Source: Methylophaga frappieri (GTDB lineage Bacteria; Pseudomonadota; Gammaproteobacteria; Nitrosococcales; Methylophagaceae). Taken from it: a stretch of 32,000 nt of DNA. Below the pieces are notes generated by a model. That model was not told where the DNA came from, made no database searches, and saw only the letters and a program-made list of their open reading frames with translations. The stretch's first letter is position 1. The number at the start of each line of letters is the position of its first letter. Positions 1-10,510 of this stretch are shown piece by piece. A program made the translations under genes and the position numbers. The stretch lies in contig NC_017856.1 of NCBI RefSeq assembly GCF_000260965.1, positions 1,650,001 through 1,682,000 of the forward strand, read 5' to 3'.

Positions 1-429
1 GTCAAAGACTTCTCTGCAATAGATCAATGGCATCCGGCAGTCAAAAGCGTTGCAATGAAAGATGATAAAACACGCACACTCACACTTAAAGCGGATGGTG
101 AGCCAACGATCACTGAGGAACTGGACAAAGTTGATGATGAAAAAATGATGTTAATCTACACCATTGAAGACATGAGCGTTGTCAAGACGATTACTTTCAA
201 TAGTAAAGATACACCTTATTACACTTTGCCAGTTTCCACATATAAATCATGGATTTATGTTAAAGAAGTCGATAAAGGAACCGAAGTTAAATGGCGGGGA
301 AAATTTTATCGCTCGTTTATGGATAATCCACCCGTTCCAGAAGGTCAATCGGATTCGGATGCTGTCGATGTGATTACAGATGTTTATAAATCTGGTTTGG
401 AAAATCTGAAAAACGTACTAGAAAAATAA
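1..429 (+). CDS. SRPBCC (Bet v1-like / polyketide cyclase-dehydrase fold) family protein, 5' end outside the window
   Basis: The frame of ORF 55..429 stays open back to base 1 (VKDFSAIDQWHPAVKSVAMKDDK...). The F-x-x-x-x-x-WHP segment near the N-terminus and the size (~140 aa) are typical of SRPBCC proteins. A strong terminator hairpin follows the stop. Confidence 0.6.
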   Translation, partial: VKDFSAIDQWHPAVKSVAMKDDKTRTLTLKADGEPTITEELDKVDDEKMMLIYTIEDMSVVKTITFNSKDTPYYTLPVSTYKSWIYVKEVDKGTEVKWRGKFYRSFMDNPPVPEGQSDSDAVDVITDVYKSGLENLKNVLEK

Positions 430-460
430 TGTTTATCACGAATTTCAGCTATACAACGAA

Positions 461-490
461 AACGGTCCTTTCATGGGCCGTTTTTTTCTT
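461..490 (+). terminator. Rho-independent terminator after the SRPBCC gene
   Basis: AACGGTCC (461-468) pairs with GGGCCGTT (475-482), giving 8 bp with one G-U wobble and a 6-nt loop. TTTTTCTT follows. The ATG of the next ORF (473) lies in the loop/3' arm. Confidence 0.7.
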
Positions 491-1417
491 ATCTCTTCTA
501 TCCCGATATTAAGTTATGCAGAGACACCGCGATATGCCTATATCACAAACCAACTCGACGACAGTGTCAGTATCATTAGCTTAGAAGCACAATCCGTAAT
601 TCAGACCATTAAGGTTGGTAAAGCACCTGCTGGTGTCGCTTTAAGCCAAGATGGGAAGAAATTATTCGTTACCAACCCAGACTCTCAGGATATTTCATTC
701 ATTGATACCGCTTTGATGCAGGAATCCTTTCGACTCAAAACTGGAAGTGGCCCGGTTGGGATCGCAACTAATTCAAATGGGCATCGCGTTTTTGTAGCAG
801 ACTGGTATGAAAATGTGGTTAAGGTGATTGATACTGAAAAACGTCAAATCATTCACTCAATCCCAGTTGATAAGAGCCCAGCAGGCTTAATTGTTGATAA
901 TAAGCGACATAAACTCTATGTTGCTAACCGTGACGATAATTCCATCACGATCATTGATTTAACCACGTATCAAAAGATTGCCAAAATTAGCGTTGGTAAA
1001 GCACCATTTGGCCTTGCTCTCACACGTGATGGTCAACGGCTATATTCCGTTAATGTCCAAGACAATACGGTCAGTGTGGTCGATACCCAAAAACATCAAG
1101 TCTTAGCCACCATTAATGTCGGCGAATGGCCATATTGTGCCGTGCTAAGTCCTGATGATCGCTGGTTGTATGTGACTAATCAAGATGAAAGCACCGTGTC
1201 TAAAGTTGACACACAAAGTCAACAGGTCGTTACCGACATCGCGGTAGATGACACCCCGGAGGGTATTGATATCACTGAAGACGGACGCTATGTTTATGTC
1301 GCAAACTGGGGAAGCGGCCGGGTTTCCATTATTGATACAGCTCTAAATGCCGTTATCAATACACTTGAAACAGGACAAGGTAGCCGGGCTTTTGGTGATT
1401 TTATTACTGGACGATAA
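473..1417 (+). CDS. Seven-bladed YVTN-family beta-propeller repeat protein (YncE-like), probably secreted
   Basis: There are seven ~42-aa repeats of the pattern [KR]-L-[YF]-V-[TA]-N-x-x-[DS]-x-x-[VI]-S-[VI]-[IV]-D. Examples are YAYITNQLDDSVSIISL, KLFVTNPDSQDISFIDT, KLYVANRDDNSITIIDL and YVYVANWGSGRVSIIDT. The short hydrophobic N-terminus MGRFFLISSIPILSYA-E resembles a signal peptide. No alternative start exists upstream in frame. No clear SD. Confidence 0.75.
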   Translation: MGRFFLISSIPILSYAETPRYAYITNQLDDSVSIISLEAQSVIQTIKVGKAPAGVALSQDGKKLFVTNPDSQDISFIDTALMQESFRLKTGSGPVGIATNSNGHRVFVADWYENVVKVIDTEKRQIIHSIPVDKSPAGLIVDNKRHKLYVANRDDNSITIIDLTTYQKIAKISVGKAPFGLALTRDGQRLYSVNVQDNTVSVVDTQKHQVLATINVGEWPYCAVLSPDDRWLYVTNQDESTVSKVDTQSQQVVTDIAVDDTPEGIDITEDGRYVYVANWGSGRVSIIDTALNAVINTLETGQGSRAFGDFITGR

Positions 1418-2178
1418 TGCAACTATTTTGTCAGATAAAACCGGCATCCGAAGACTGGCTGGATATGGCAGATCAATTGGCCAGCCAACTTGGATTAACC
1501 GTATCGACCACACCTACATCATCTTTCATATTACATCTTAATGCTCATGGCTTATCACTGTCAGCGCCATCGTCAGGCAACCCGCTTCAGGTAGATTTTG
1601 TATCGGGTAAAAATGCCCATCGGCGACTTTATGGTGGTGGTCGCAATCAACCCCTGGCAAGAGCTTTGGGATTCAAGCAAGGTGTCAGCCCCGTTATTAT
1701 CGATGCAACAGCCGGTTTTGCCCGTGATGCCTTTGTCATGGCCTCGCTTGGTGCTAACGTCACGCTGATTGAACAGCACCCAATCATTGCTGCATTAATT
1801 AGCGACGGTTTGACACGTGGCAATGCAGACCCGGCTGTTGCCCCGATCATTCAGCGCATGTCACTTCACCGAGCTAATGCGGTTGATTACTTGCAGACAT
1901 TGTCTCAAATAGACTGGCCAGACACGATTTATCTGGATCCCATGTATCCACAACGGGACAAAACGGCTCTGGTAAAAAAAGAAATGCAGTTGTTGCATCA
2001 GCTGGTTGGCACCGATCAACACAGCCACGACTTACTCGATATCGCCTGCCAACGAGCACGACAACGGATTGTGGTAAAGCGGCCAAAATCAGCCGCATTT
2101 CTTGCTCAAATCAAACCAGTCGCCTCAATTACCAGCAAAAATACCCGCTATGATATTTATAAACCGCGTCTGACTTAA
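1417..2178 (+). CDS. rsmJ: 16S rRNA (guanine1516-N2)-methyltransferase RsmJ
   Basis: Collinear with E. coli RsmJ/YhiQ, including [48 protein letters not shown] and VVKRP. The start ATG overlaps the upstream stop (TAATG at 1415-1419). Confidence 0.9.
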   Translation: MQLFCQIKPASEDWLDMADQLASQLGLTVSTTPTSSFILHLNAHGLSLSAPSSGNPLQVDFVSGKNAHRRLYGGGRNQPLARALGFKQGVSPVIIDATAGFARDAFVMASLGANVTLIEQHPIIAALISDGLTRGNADPAVAPIIQRMSLHRANAVDYLQTLSQIDWPDTIYLDPMYPQRDKTALVKKEMQLLHQLVGTDQHSHDLLDIACQRARQRIVVKRPKSAAFLAQIKPVASITSKNTRYDIYKPRLT

Positions 2179-3506
2179 CCTTTTTGTCGTGCCTGTTTAT
2201 CCAAAACGCGAAGGCGACTAAGTTTTTCAGCAATTTTGATTTCCAAGCCCCGATCAACGGGGTGGTAATACTGCTTTTCGCCAAGGCTCTCCGGAAAATA
2301 CGTTTCACCTGCGGCATAAGCCTCAGGTTCATCATGTGCATAGCGATACGCCTTACCATAATCGAGTTCTTTCATCAGCTTAGTGGGCGCATTTCGAAGG
2401 TGCAGCGGCACCTCCGCTGAACCATGATTGCGTACATCCTGCATCGCCGCTTTAAAAGCGTTATAGACAGCATTACTTTTAGGGGCACAAGCTAGATAAA
2501 CCACGGCTTGGGCAATGGCCAATTCCCCCTCAGGCCGGCCGAGTTTCTCAAAACTGTCCCAGGCGTTGAGGGTGATTTCCAAGCCTCTCGGATCAGCGTT
2601 GCCAATATCTTCCGTTGCCATACGCACAATCCGTCGCATCAAATAAACGGGATCACATCCCCCGTCAAGCATACGACAAAGCCAATACAAAGCCGCATCC
2701 GGAGCACTACCTCTCACCGACTTATGCAGTGCGGAAATTTGATCGTAAAATGCTTCGCCACCCTTATCAAAGCGTCTAAAACTGCCGCTCAATACGGAGG
2801 TCATGTCTGCTTCAGTCACGGCCTGTTGGCCCTGACTGTCAGCTAAATCAATCGCAATCTCCAATAAATTGAGTACACGACGCCCATCACCATCAGCGGC
2901 CTCTGCCAGCAAATCACGCAGTGGCTCTGCCATCGTTACATTTCGTGCAGCGACACCTTTGATACCATCCGCAAGCGCCCGATCAACAATCTGCCTCAGA
3001 TCTTCAGTTTCCAGCGACTTCAGAACGTAAACACGCGCGCGAGATAGCAACGCATTGTTTAGTTCAAACGAGGGATTTTCGGTCGTCGCACCAATAAAGG
3101 TAAAGGTGCCATCTTCAACATAAGGTAAAAACGCATCTTGCTGCGACTTATTAAATCGGTGCACCTCATCAACGAAGAGCATCGTACGGCGGCCACGTTC
3201 CTGAGCCAACAACTTGGCTCTGGCAACGGCTTCTCGTACCTCCTTGACCCCAGCCAGTACCGCTGAAATAGTGATAAATTCCGCGTCACAATAGCCTGCA
3301 ATCAAACGCGCCAGTGTTGTTTTTCCCGTCCCTGGCGGCCCCCAAAAAATCATCGAATGGGGTTGGCCACTGGCGATCGCTTGACGAAGCGGTTTGCCGG
3401 CAGCCAGCAAGTGCGATTGTCCGATATAGTCATCCAAACTCTGCGGCCGCATTCTGTCGGCCAATGGCCGTCCGGATGCGACTTGCAGGTTATCAAACAA
3501 ACTCAC
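2175..3506 (-). CDS. rarA: Replication-associated recombination protein A (AAA+ ATPase RarA/MgsA)
   Basis: The N-terminus [31 protein letters not shown]...[19 protein letters not shown] (Walker A) is nearly collinear with E. coli RarA. GTG start directly after the lolA stop. ftsK-lolA-rarA synteny. Confidence 0.93.
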   Translation of the reverse strand: MSLFDNLQVASGRPLADRMRPQSLDDYIGQSHLLAAGKPLRQAIASGQPHSMIFWGPPGTGKTTLARLIAGYCDAEFITISAVLAGVKEVREAVARAKLLAQERGRRTMLFVDEVHRFNKSQQDAFLPYVEDGTFTFIGATTENPSFELNNALLSRARVYVLKSLETEDLRQIVDRALADGIKGVAARNVTMAEPLRDLLAEAADGDGRRVLNLLEIAIDLADSQGQQAVTEADMTSVLSGSFRRFDKGGEAFYDQISALHKSVRGSAPDAALYWLCRMLDGGCDPVYLMRRIVRMATEDIGNADPRGLEITLNAWDSFEKLGRPEGELAIAQAVVYLACAPKSNAVYNAFKAAMQDVRNHGSAEVPLHLRNAPTKLMKELDYGKAYRYAHDEPEAYAAGETYFPESLGEKQYYHPVDRGLEIKIAEKLSRLRVLDKQARQKG

Positions 3507-4142
3507 TTAGGGTGACTCTCCAATAACATCAACGCCTTGAGGCGGGACAAACTGAAACTTTTCGGCCGCAATTGGCTGATTCACATTGGCCTCGCTGAAA
3601 ACCAGACGCGTTTGTTGATCAAAAGCATCCACCATGCGCATTTGTTGCAGGGATTGTTCTGAAAATCCCAATTGCACCCGTTGATAATTCGCATCGGCTT
3701 CCTTCGGCGTCAATTCAACCCATTGCAAACCATCGTCAGAATTCAGCCGGGTGATATGGTAAGCCTCATCCGGTCGGCTTTTTCCAGACAATAAGCCAGC
3801 TGGCGTATCAGCTAATGTAGCAGACTGATTTTTTACGGTAATTTGTTCTAAATCTTCATCGTAAAACCAGATCTGCTGACCATCTGCGACGATTTGCTGG
3901 GCGTAGGGTGTGTGATAATCCCAACGGAATTTGCCTGGCCGTGATAAATAGAAAACACCGGCGGCCTGCTCCACTATTTGTCCCTCGGGATCTGCGACCA
4001 CCTGTTGAAACCGTGCCTGAAACTGCTGAACCTGATCAACAAACTGCGTTAATCGGTCAACAACGGCATCCTCAGCGTAAGTTGATGCGCTGAATAACAA
4101 ACTCAATACCGTTAGCAAGGAAAGCGAAAATCGCCTAGCCAT
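3507..4142 (-). CDS. lolA: Outer-membrane lipoprotein carrier protein LolA
   Basis: Signal peptide MARRFSLSLLTVLSLLFSASTYA, a length of about 210 aa, a position between ftsK and rarA, and a strong SD (AGGAGAAAAT-ATG). Confidence 0.88.
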   Translation of the reverse strand: MARRFSLSLLTVLSLLFSASTYAEDAVVDRLTQFVDQVQQFQARFQQVVADPEGQIVEQAAGVFYLSRPGKFRWDYHTPYAQQIVADGQQIWFYDEDLEQITVKNQSATLADTPAGLLSGKSRPDEAYHITRLNSDDGLQWVELTPKEADANYQRVQLGFSEQSLQQMRMVDAFDQQTRLVFSEANVNQPIAAEKFQFVPPQGVDVIGESP

Positions 4143-4203
4143 ATTTTCTCCTAAATCTTAGTTGAACTCAGGTTTCAGACAAGCTGAATACGCAGTTAGT
4201 GCG

Positions 4204-6504
4204 CTAGTCGCGCGGCGGTGGCGCCAACACTTCCCGGCTGCCATTCCCCTGCATTGCAGAAACCACACCCGCAACCTCCATGGCCTCAACAATTCGAGCA
4301 GCCCGGTTATAGCCAATTTTTAATCGGCGTTGAATACCTGAAACAGAGGCACGACGAGACTCGGTCACGATCTGCACAGCCTGATCATATAACTCATCCT
4401 GCTCGCCATCGGCACCATCGCCAAAGCCGCCACCTTCACCCTCATCGCTCAATGCCCGGGTAATTTCTTCAAGGTAATCCGGGCCGCCTTGCGATTTGAG
4501 AAAGTTCACTACTTCATGCACTTCATTGTCATCAACAAATGCGCCATGTACCCGCTCAGGCAAACCACTTCCGGGCGGCAAATACAGCATATCGCCCTGA
4601 CCAAGTAATTGTTCCGCGCCCATTTGATCCAAAATGGTCCGTGAATCAATTCGAGATGACACCTGAAATGCCATGCGGGTCGGAATATTCGCTTTGATAA
4701 GCCCGGTAATCACATCCACCGACGGGCGCTGCGTTGCCAATATCAAATGAATACCGGCAGCACGTGCTTTCTGTGCTAACCGGGCGATTAACTCTTCGAC
4801 CTGCTTACCAACCACCATCATCATATCGGCCAGCTCATCAATGATGACCACAATGAATGGCAATGGCTCAAGATAAGGTAAAGGTTCTCCGGGCAATACC
4901 TCTGCAGTCGGATCCGTTAACGGCTCACCTTTATCAATCGCCTCCTGCACTTTTTTGTTGTAACCAGCAATATTGCGCACTCCTAACGCTGCCATCAGTG
5001 GATAGCGGCGCTCCATTTCAGCAACACACCAACGCAAGGCATTAGCTGCCTCTTTCATGTCTGTCACGACCGGCGTTAACAGATGCGGAATATCCTCATA
5101 AACGGATAACTCCAGCATTTTCGGATCGACCATAATCAGCCGCACATCCTTGGCAGTTGCTTTGTATAGCAAGCTCAGAATCATTGCATTTACAGCGACT
5201 GACTTACCCGAACCAGTGGTCCCTGCCACCAGAAGATGGGGCATTTTTTCAAGATTAGCGACGACGGGCCTGCCAGCAATGTCCTTACCTAAGGCCATGA
5301 CTAAAGGAGATTTGCTGTTTTCATAATCGGCACACGCCAGAATTTCGCGCAGCCGGACAATTTCCCGATGTTCATTTGGAATTTCCAGCCCGACCACCGG
5401 CTTGCCTGGAATCACTTCTACGATGCGCACACTACTCACCGATAATGCTCGCGCCAAATCCTTGGCCAGACCACTGATGCGGCTCACTTTAATGCCTGCC
5501 GCAGGCTGCAGTTCAAACCGGGTCACAACTGGCCCAGGCTGTACCTCGACAACCTGCACCTCAACGCCAAAATCTTTCAACTTGAGCTCAACCTGACGGG
5601 ATAACGCCTGTAATACCTCTTCGCTGTAGCCTTGTTGCGCTGCTTTTGGCATATCCAGTAAGGATAATGTCGGCATACCGGGCGTATCCGGCGTTTCAAA
5701 TAACGGCTTTTGCCGCTCTTTTTCTTCGCGCTTACTTGGCGCTGACGGTTTGTTAAGCACTGGCTCGATACGCACCTTAGCTTTATGCTGCAGTTTTTCT
5801 TTTTGCTCCAGGAAAGTCTCTTCGCGTTGCTGTCGGGTTCTTTTGGCCTGAATCTCAGCTTGCAGATCTCTGCTGCGCCGGGCAAACCAGTTAATCAACA
5901 CCAGTGCGGCCGCACCGAGTCTGTCGATAACCATTAACCAGGACAGACCAGTAAACAAAGTCACCCCCGTCAATAATAAAGCCAGAAGCAACAGGCTGGT
6001 TCCAGAAGCGCCAAAAACAGCTTCAAACCCATGGCCGACAACTTCACCCAACACCCCGCCAGCGCCCATTGGGAGTAGGGTTGCATAATCCATCAATCCC
6101 AGCGTCGACAAACCACTGGCAGCGGCCAGCGCGATCAGCAGGCCGGCGAGCTTTAACACCCAGAAATGCAATGCGTCAGCACTATCAGCACGTCGTCCCC
6201 AACTGAACAACAACCAACCTGAAAATGCCACCATCAATGGCGCCAAATACGCTGGCAGGCCAAATCCATAGAGCAACGCATCGGCTAGCCACGCCCCAAC
6301 AATACCGCCACGATTGGCAATCAGGTCATCAGTGCCGGTGGTTGACCAACCCGGATCGGTTGGCTCATAAGTGAATAAGGACAACAGCAAATACGCGGCC
6401 AGTGCCAATGCCAAAATTAACGCTGCTTCTCGCAAACGAAAACTGACCGCGCCTTCAGTGCTTTCCTGTTTGTTTTTGTCGTTTACCCGGGTCGCCTGTG
6501 CCAA
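4204..6504 (-). CDS. ftsK: DNA translocase FtsK
   Basis: N-terminal multi-TM region, charged linker, and motor domain with Walker A ([19 protein letters not shown]) and [13 protein letters not shown]-type Walker B. The C-terminal gamma winged-helix domain reads YDQAVQIV...[25 protein letters not shown]. The start is a TTG, the only candidate in frame, so the exact start is uncertain. Confidence 0.93.
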   Translation of the reverse strand: MAQATRVNDKNKQESTEGAVSFRLREAALILALALAAYLLLSLFTYEPTDPGWSTTGTDDLIANRGGIVGAWLADALLYGFGLPAYLAPLMVAFSGWLLFSWGRRADSADALHFWVLKLAGLLIALAAASGLSTLGLMDYATLLPMGAGGVLGEVVGHGFEAVFGASGTSLLLLALLLTGVTLFTGLSWLMVIDRLGAAALVLINWFARRSRDLQAEIQAKRTRQQREETFLEQKEKLQHKAKVRIEPVLNKPSAPSKREEKERQKPLFETPDTPGMPTLSLLDMPKAAQQGYSEEVLQALSRQVELKLKDFGVEVQVVEVQPGPVVTRFELQPAAGIKVSRISGLAKDLARALSVSSVRIVEVIPGKPVVGLEIPNEHREIVRLREILACADYENSKSPLVMALGKDIAGRPVVANLEKMPHLLVAGTTGSGKSVAVNAMILSLLYKATAKDVRLIMVDPKMLELSVYEDIPHLLTPVVTDMKEAANALRWCVAEMERRYPLMAALGVRNIAGYNKKVQEAIDKGEPLTDPTAEVLPGEPLPYLEPLPFIVVIIDELADMMMVVGKQVEELIARLAQKARAAGIHLILATQRPSVDVITGLIKANIPTRMAFQVSSRIDSRTILDQMGAEQLLGQGDMLYLPPGSGLPERVHGAFVDDNEVHEVVNFLKSQGGPDYLEEITRALSDEGEGGGFGDGADGEQDELYDQAVQIVTESRRASVSGIQRRLKIGYNRAARIVEAMEVAGVVSAMQGNGSREVLAPPPRD

Positions 6505-6561
6505 TGTAATAAATCCAGTTACGCCAACAAATTATCGGCAAATTCTAACACAGCTTTTTAA

Positions 6562-7575
<1,014 letters not shown>

Positions 7576-7584
7576 TCCTTGATA

Positions 7585-7610
7585 AGGCAGGTTAAAACCT
7601 GCCTTTTTAT
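7585..7610 (+). terminator. Rho-independent terminator after trxB
   Basis: Perfect 8-bp stem AGGCAGGT (7585-7592) / ACCTGCCT (7597-7604) with loop TAAA, followed by TTTTATTT. Confidence 0.8.
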
Positions 7611-7624
7611 TTAGGAGATAAGCG

Positions 7625-8068
7625 ATGTCCATCTACAAACATATTCTGATCGCCGCCGATTTTTCTGATCATACCGATCAGGTCATGCAACGCGCACTGG
7701 CACTTGCTGAGTCTGCCAAGTCCCAGTTTTGTTTATGTCATATTGTCGAGGACTTTCCGCTTACCGATTTTGCTTATGAACCCATGATCAGTGTCGATTT
7801 GGATATGCGAGACTCATTGCTTGATGCCGGGCGGCAACAATTAGCTAGTCTTGGTGAGAAATACCATATTCCTGCCGATTATCAGTGGGTTGAAAGTGGT
7901 AGTCCCGGCCGGGATATCGTGCGGATTGCCGATGAGCATAACGTCGATCTGATTGTCGTGGGTTCGCATGGCCGGCATGGCATAAAAATGTTACTCGGCT
8001 CCACCGCCAATGCCATATTACACCACGCTCATTGCGATGTTTTGGCCGTACGCTTACAGGATGACTAA
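7625..8068 (+). CDS. Universal stress protein (UspA family)
   Basis: About 147 aa with YKHILIAADFS at the N-terminus and the C-terminal ATP-binding-type motif VVGSHGRHG...LLGSTAN..L. SD AGGAGA lies 6 nt upstream. Confidence 0.85.
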   Translation: MSIYKHILIAADFSDHTDQVMQRALALAESAKSQFCLCHIVEDFPLTDFAYEPMISVDLDMRDSLLDAGRQQLASLGEKYHIPADYQWVESGSPGRDIVRIADEHNVDLIVVGSHGRHGIKMLLGSTANAILHHAHCDVLAVRLQDD

Positions 8069-8074
8069 GCCTTA

Positions 8075-9331
8075 ATGCCAAAAAACATCTCGGGATTAAT
8101 CCCCTTTTTATTGGTCGCCTTTATCAATGCGATGGTCGACTTGGGGCATAAAATCACTATCCAGAACACCCTATTCAAGGTGTATGATGATGCGACCCAG
8201 GTTGCGTTGACAGCTGTGGTCAATGCACTGATTTTATTGCCTTTTATTTTATTGTTTACGCCAGCTGGCTTTCTGTCTGATCGGTTCGCCAAACCCAAAA
8301 TCATGCGCTGGTCAGCATGTTCTGCGGTATTCATCACGTCAATGATTACGCTTTGTTATTACCAAGGCTGGTTTCAAGCGGCTTTTGGGTTTACTTTTAT
8401 CCTTGCCGTGCAAAGTGCCATTTATTCGCCAGCAAAATATGGTTATATTCGTGAAGTCGCGGACAACACGCAGTTGGCACCTGCCAACGGTTTTTTGCAG
8501 GCAACAACGATTATTGCCATCCTCACCGGCATTTTTGTCTTTACCATTTTTTTTGAACTGTTACTGACCGGACAAAGTGACTTAACTGAAACGAATGTCA
8601 TTCGGCAGATCGCCCCCTTGGGCTGGTTATTAATTGCGCTGTCCCTGCTTGAATTGTGGTTAACGACGCGGCTGCCCCGTTTACCGGCTGCAAATCCCGC
8701 TTTACAGTATGACTGGCAGGCTTATCGGCGTGGCTATTTACTGCGCGAAAACCTGAAACAATTACGCCGGAGCACTTTAATCTGGAGGTGCATTCTGGGC
8801 CTGTCCGTGTTTTGGGGTGTCTCTCAAACGATGCTGGCTGTCTTCCCCGCTTTTGCCAAAATGGTTTTGAATGAAACCAACACCATCGTTATTCAAGGAC
8901 TGCTCGCCTGCTCAGGCATTGGTATTATTGTCGGGTCATTACTGGCAGGGCGTCTTTGTCGGCAAGCTATTCGCTATAGCCTGATCTTGATTGGTGGTGC
9001 GGGAATGGTGATTGCCTTAACGGCTATCCCATCCATCCAGAATGTATCAGGTTATGCGATCGCAATAATTGGTTTTGGCTTTGCCGGCGGCTTGTTCATT
9101 ATTCCACTGAACGCTTTGATTCAAAAAACGGCGCCCAAAGCAAAGCTCGGCACCATCTTGGCTGGCAATAACTGGATCCAGAATTTGACCATGGTCAGCT
9201 TTCTTCTCGTGACCTGGATAATAGCCAGCTATCAACTAAGCAGCACACTTTTTTTACAGTTTTTGCCTTGGTTGACGCTAATATTATTAGCCCCGATACT
9301 TTTTAAACTAAAGAAAAACATGCGGAGTTGA
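8075..9331 (+). CDS. MFS transporter, lysophospholipid transporter LplT-like
   Basis: About 12 predicted hydrophobic segments. Matches to LplT-type MFS include AIYSPAKYGYI, ANGFLQATTIIAILTG and FIIPLNALIQ. Only 6 nt separate it from the usp stop, so the two are probably co-transcribed. No adjacent aas-type acyltransferase. Confidence 0.75.
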   Translation: MPKNISGLIPFLLVAFINAMVDLGHKITIQNTLFKVYDDATQVALTAVVNALILLPFILLFTPAGFLSDRFAKPKIMRWSACSAVFITSMITLCYYQGWFQAAFGFTFILAVQSAIYSPAKYGYIREVADNTQLAPANGFLQATTIIAILTGIFVFTIFFELLLTGQSDLTETNVIRQIAPLGWLLIALSLLELWLTTRLPRLPAANPALQYDWQAYRRGYLLRENLKQLRRSTLIWRCILGLSVFWGVSQTMLAVFPAFAKMVLNETNTIVIQGLLACSGIGIIVGSLLAGRLCRQAIRYSLILIGGAGMVIALTAIPSIQNVSGYAIAIIGFGFAGGLFIIPLNALIQKTAPKAKLGTILAGNNWIQNLTMVSFLLVTWIIASYQLSSTLFLQFLPWLTLILLAPILFKLKKNMRS

Positions 9332-9387
9332 TTTACGGGTGAAACAGCGCAATAATCCAGCGAAGCCCCAAAACAAGGAATGAATTT

Positions 9388-10455
9388 GTGGCAAAACCAA
9401 CCTCTTTCCCGCCTGTATACACAGATGCCTTTCAACAAGCGTCTGAAAATCTGCGCCGAACCCTGCCGCTGATTAATCAGCACAAAACGCCGGTTAATCC
9501 GGTGAATTATGCGGTTTGGTATGAATATGTCTCTGGCCATAATCAGGCCTTGATTGACGCCATTGATACCCGGTTGAGTAAAGGTGAGACGATCAGCAAT
9601 GAGATAAACCAGTACCTTTACGAAAAGTATGTTTTGATGGGCATGCCAGAAAAGCTGTCACAAACCAACAATGGTCTCCGTTTGGTAGTGGACAATACGA
9701 TTAATTACATTAATCGGGCCGAATCCACTGCTGGAGACGTCGCCAATGACCTGCACAAACGGCAAAGCATTCTAGAAAATTGCCACGATATAGACGATAT
9801 CCGTGATGTGTTAGCAAGTATTTTGGAAAATACCCGTAAGTTAACCGACTCCAGTCTGAGCCTTCGTCAAGAACTCGCCGATTCAACTCAAGAAATACTG
9901 AAGTTGCGTAACGAGCTCAATGCGGTCAAACATCAAGCACGCACAGACAGCCTGACTAACCTGAATAATCGCGGACAATTTGATAAAGAGCTGTCACAAC
10001 TTTGCCAAACTGGCCAGGTTCGGTTTTCATTATTATTAATTGATATCGATTACTTCAAAGAAATTAATGACCGTTTTGGTCATGCCCTTGGCGATAAGCT
10101 GCTGCAGTATCTTGCGTCATTGTTACACAAACATTGTGACGATCTGCATATTGCTGCGCGCTATGGTGGTGATGAGTTAGCCATGCTGCTATTACATACG
10201 ACTGCCGAGGAAACTCACGCTATCGCCGAGAGTATTCGGCAAAGCTGCGCCGCCAGTCGATTAAAGAAAAAGGATAGCCAGGAATCAATCGGTGAAGTCA
10301 CTATCTCGATTGGTGCCAGTCTATATCAAGTCGGCGATACGCCTATCGAACTCATTGAACGTGCCGATCAAGCCTTATATCAGGCTAAGCAATCGGGTCG
10401 TAATCGCGTGCAAATCTGGCCAACATCTACCACCGCGGCAGAGCTTGAGCAATAA
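9388..10455 (+). CDS. GGDEF-domain protein (putative diguanylate cyclase) with N-terminal coiled-coil/sensor region; active-site motif reads GGDEL
   Basis: The C-terminal domain carries D.LT.L.NR..F, LLLIDIDYFKEINDRFGH..GD, RYGGDEL and ADQALYQAKQSGRNRV. GTG start 7 nt after AAGGAA. Confidence 0.85.
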   Translation: MAKPTSFPPVYTDAFQQASENLRRTLPLINQHKTPVNPVNYAVWYEYVSGHNQALIDAIDTRLSKGETISNEINQYLYEKYVLMGMPEKLSQTNNGLRLVVDNTINYINRAESTAGDVANDLHKRQSILENCHDIDDIRDVLASILENTRKLTDSSLSLRQELADSTQEILKLRNELNAVKHQARTDSLTNLNNRGQFDKELSQLCQTGQVRFSLLLIDIDYFKEINDRFGHALGDKLLQYLASLLHKHCDDLHIAARYGGDELAMLLLHTTAEETHAIAESIRQSCAASRLKKKDSQESIGEVTISIGASLYQVGDTPIELIERADQALYQAKQSGRNRVQIWPTSTTAAELEQ

Positions 10456-10475
10456 GCAACACCGCAAATAGCAAA

Positions 10476-10503
10476 CCGTGAGGATGACAAGCTATCCTCA
10501 CGG
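10476..10503. terminator. Hairpin between convergent genes (possible bidirectional terminator)
   Basis: Perfect 10-bp inverted repeat CCGTGAGGAT (10476-10485) / ATCCTCACGG (10494-10503) with an 8-nt loop. U-tracts are weak on both sides. Confidence 0.55.
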
Positions 10504-10510
10504 CACGATT

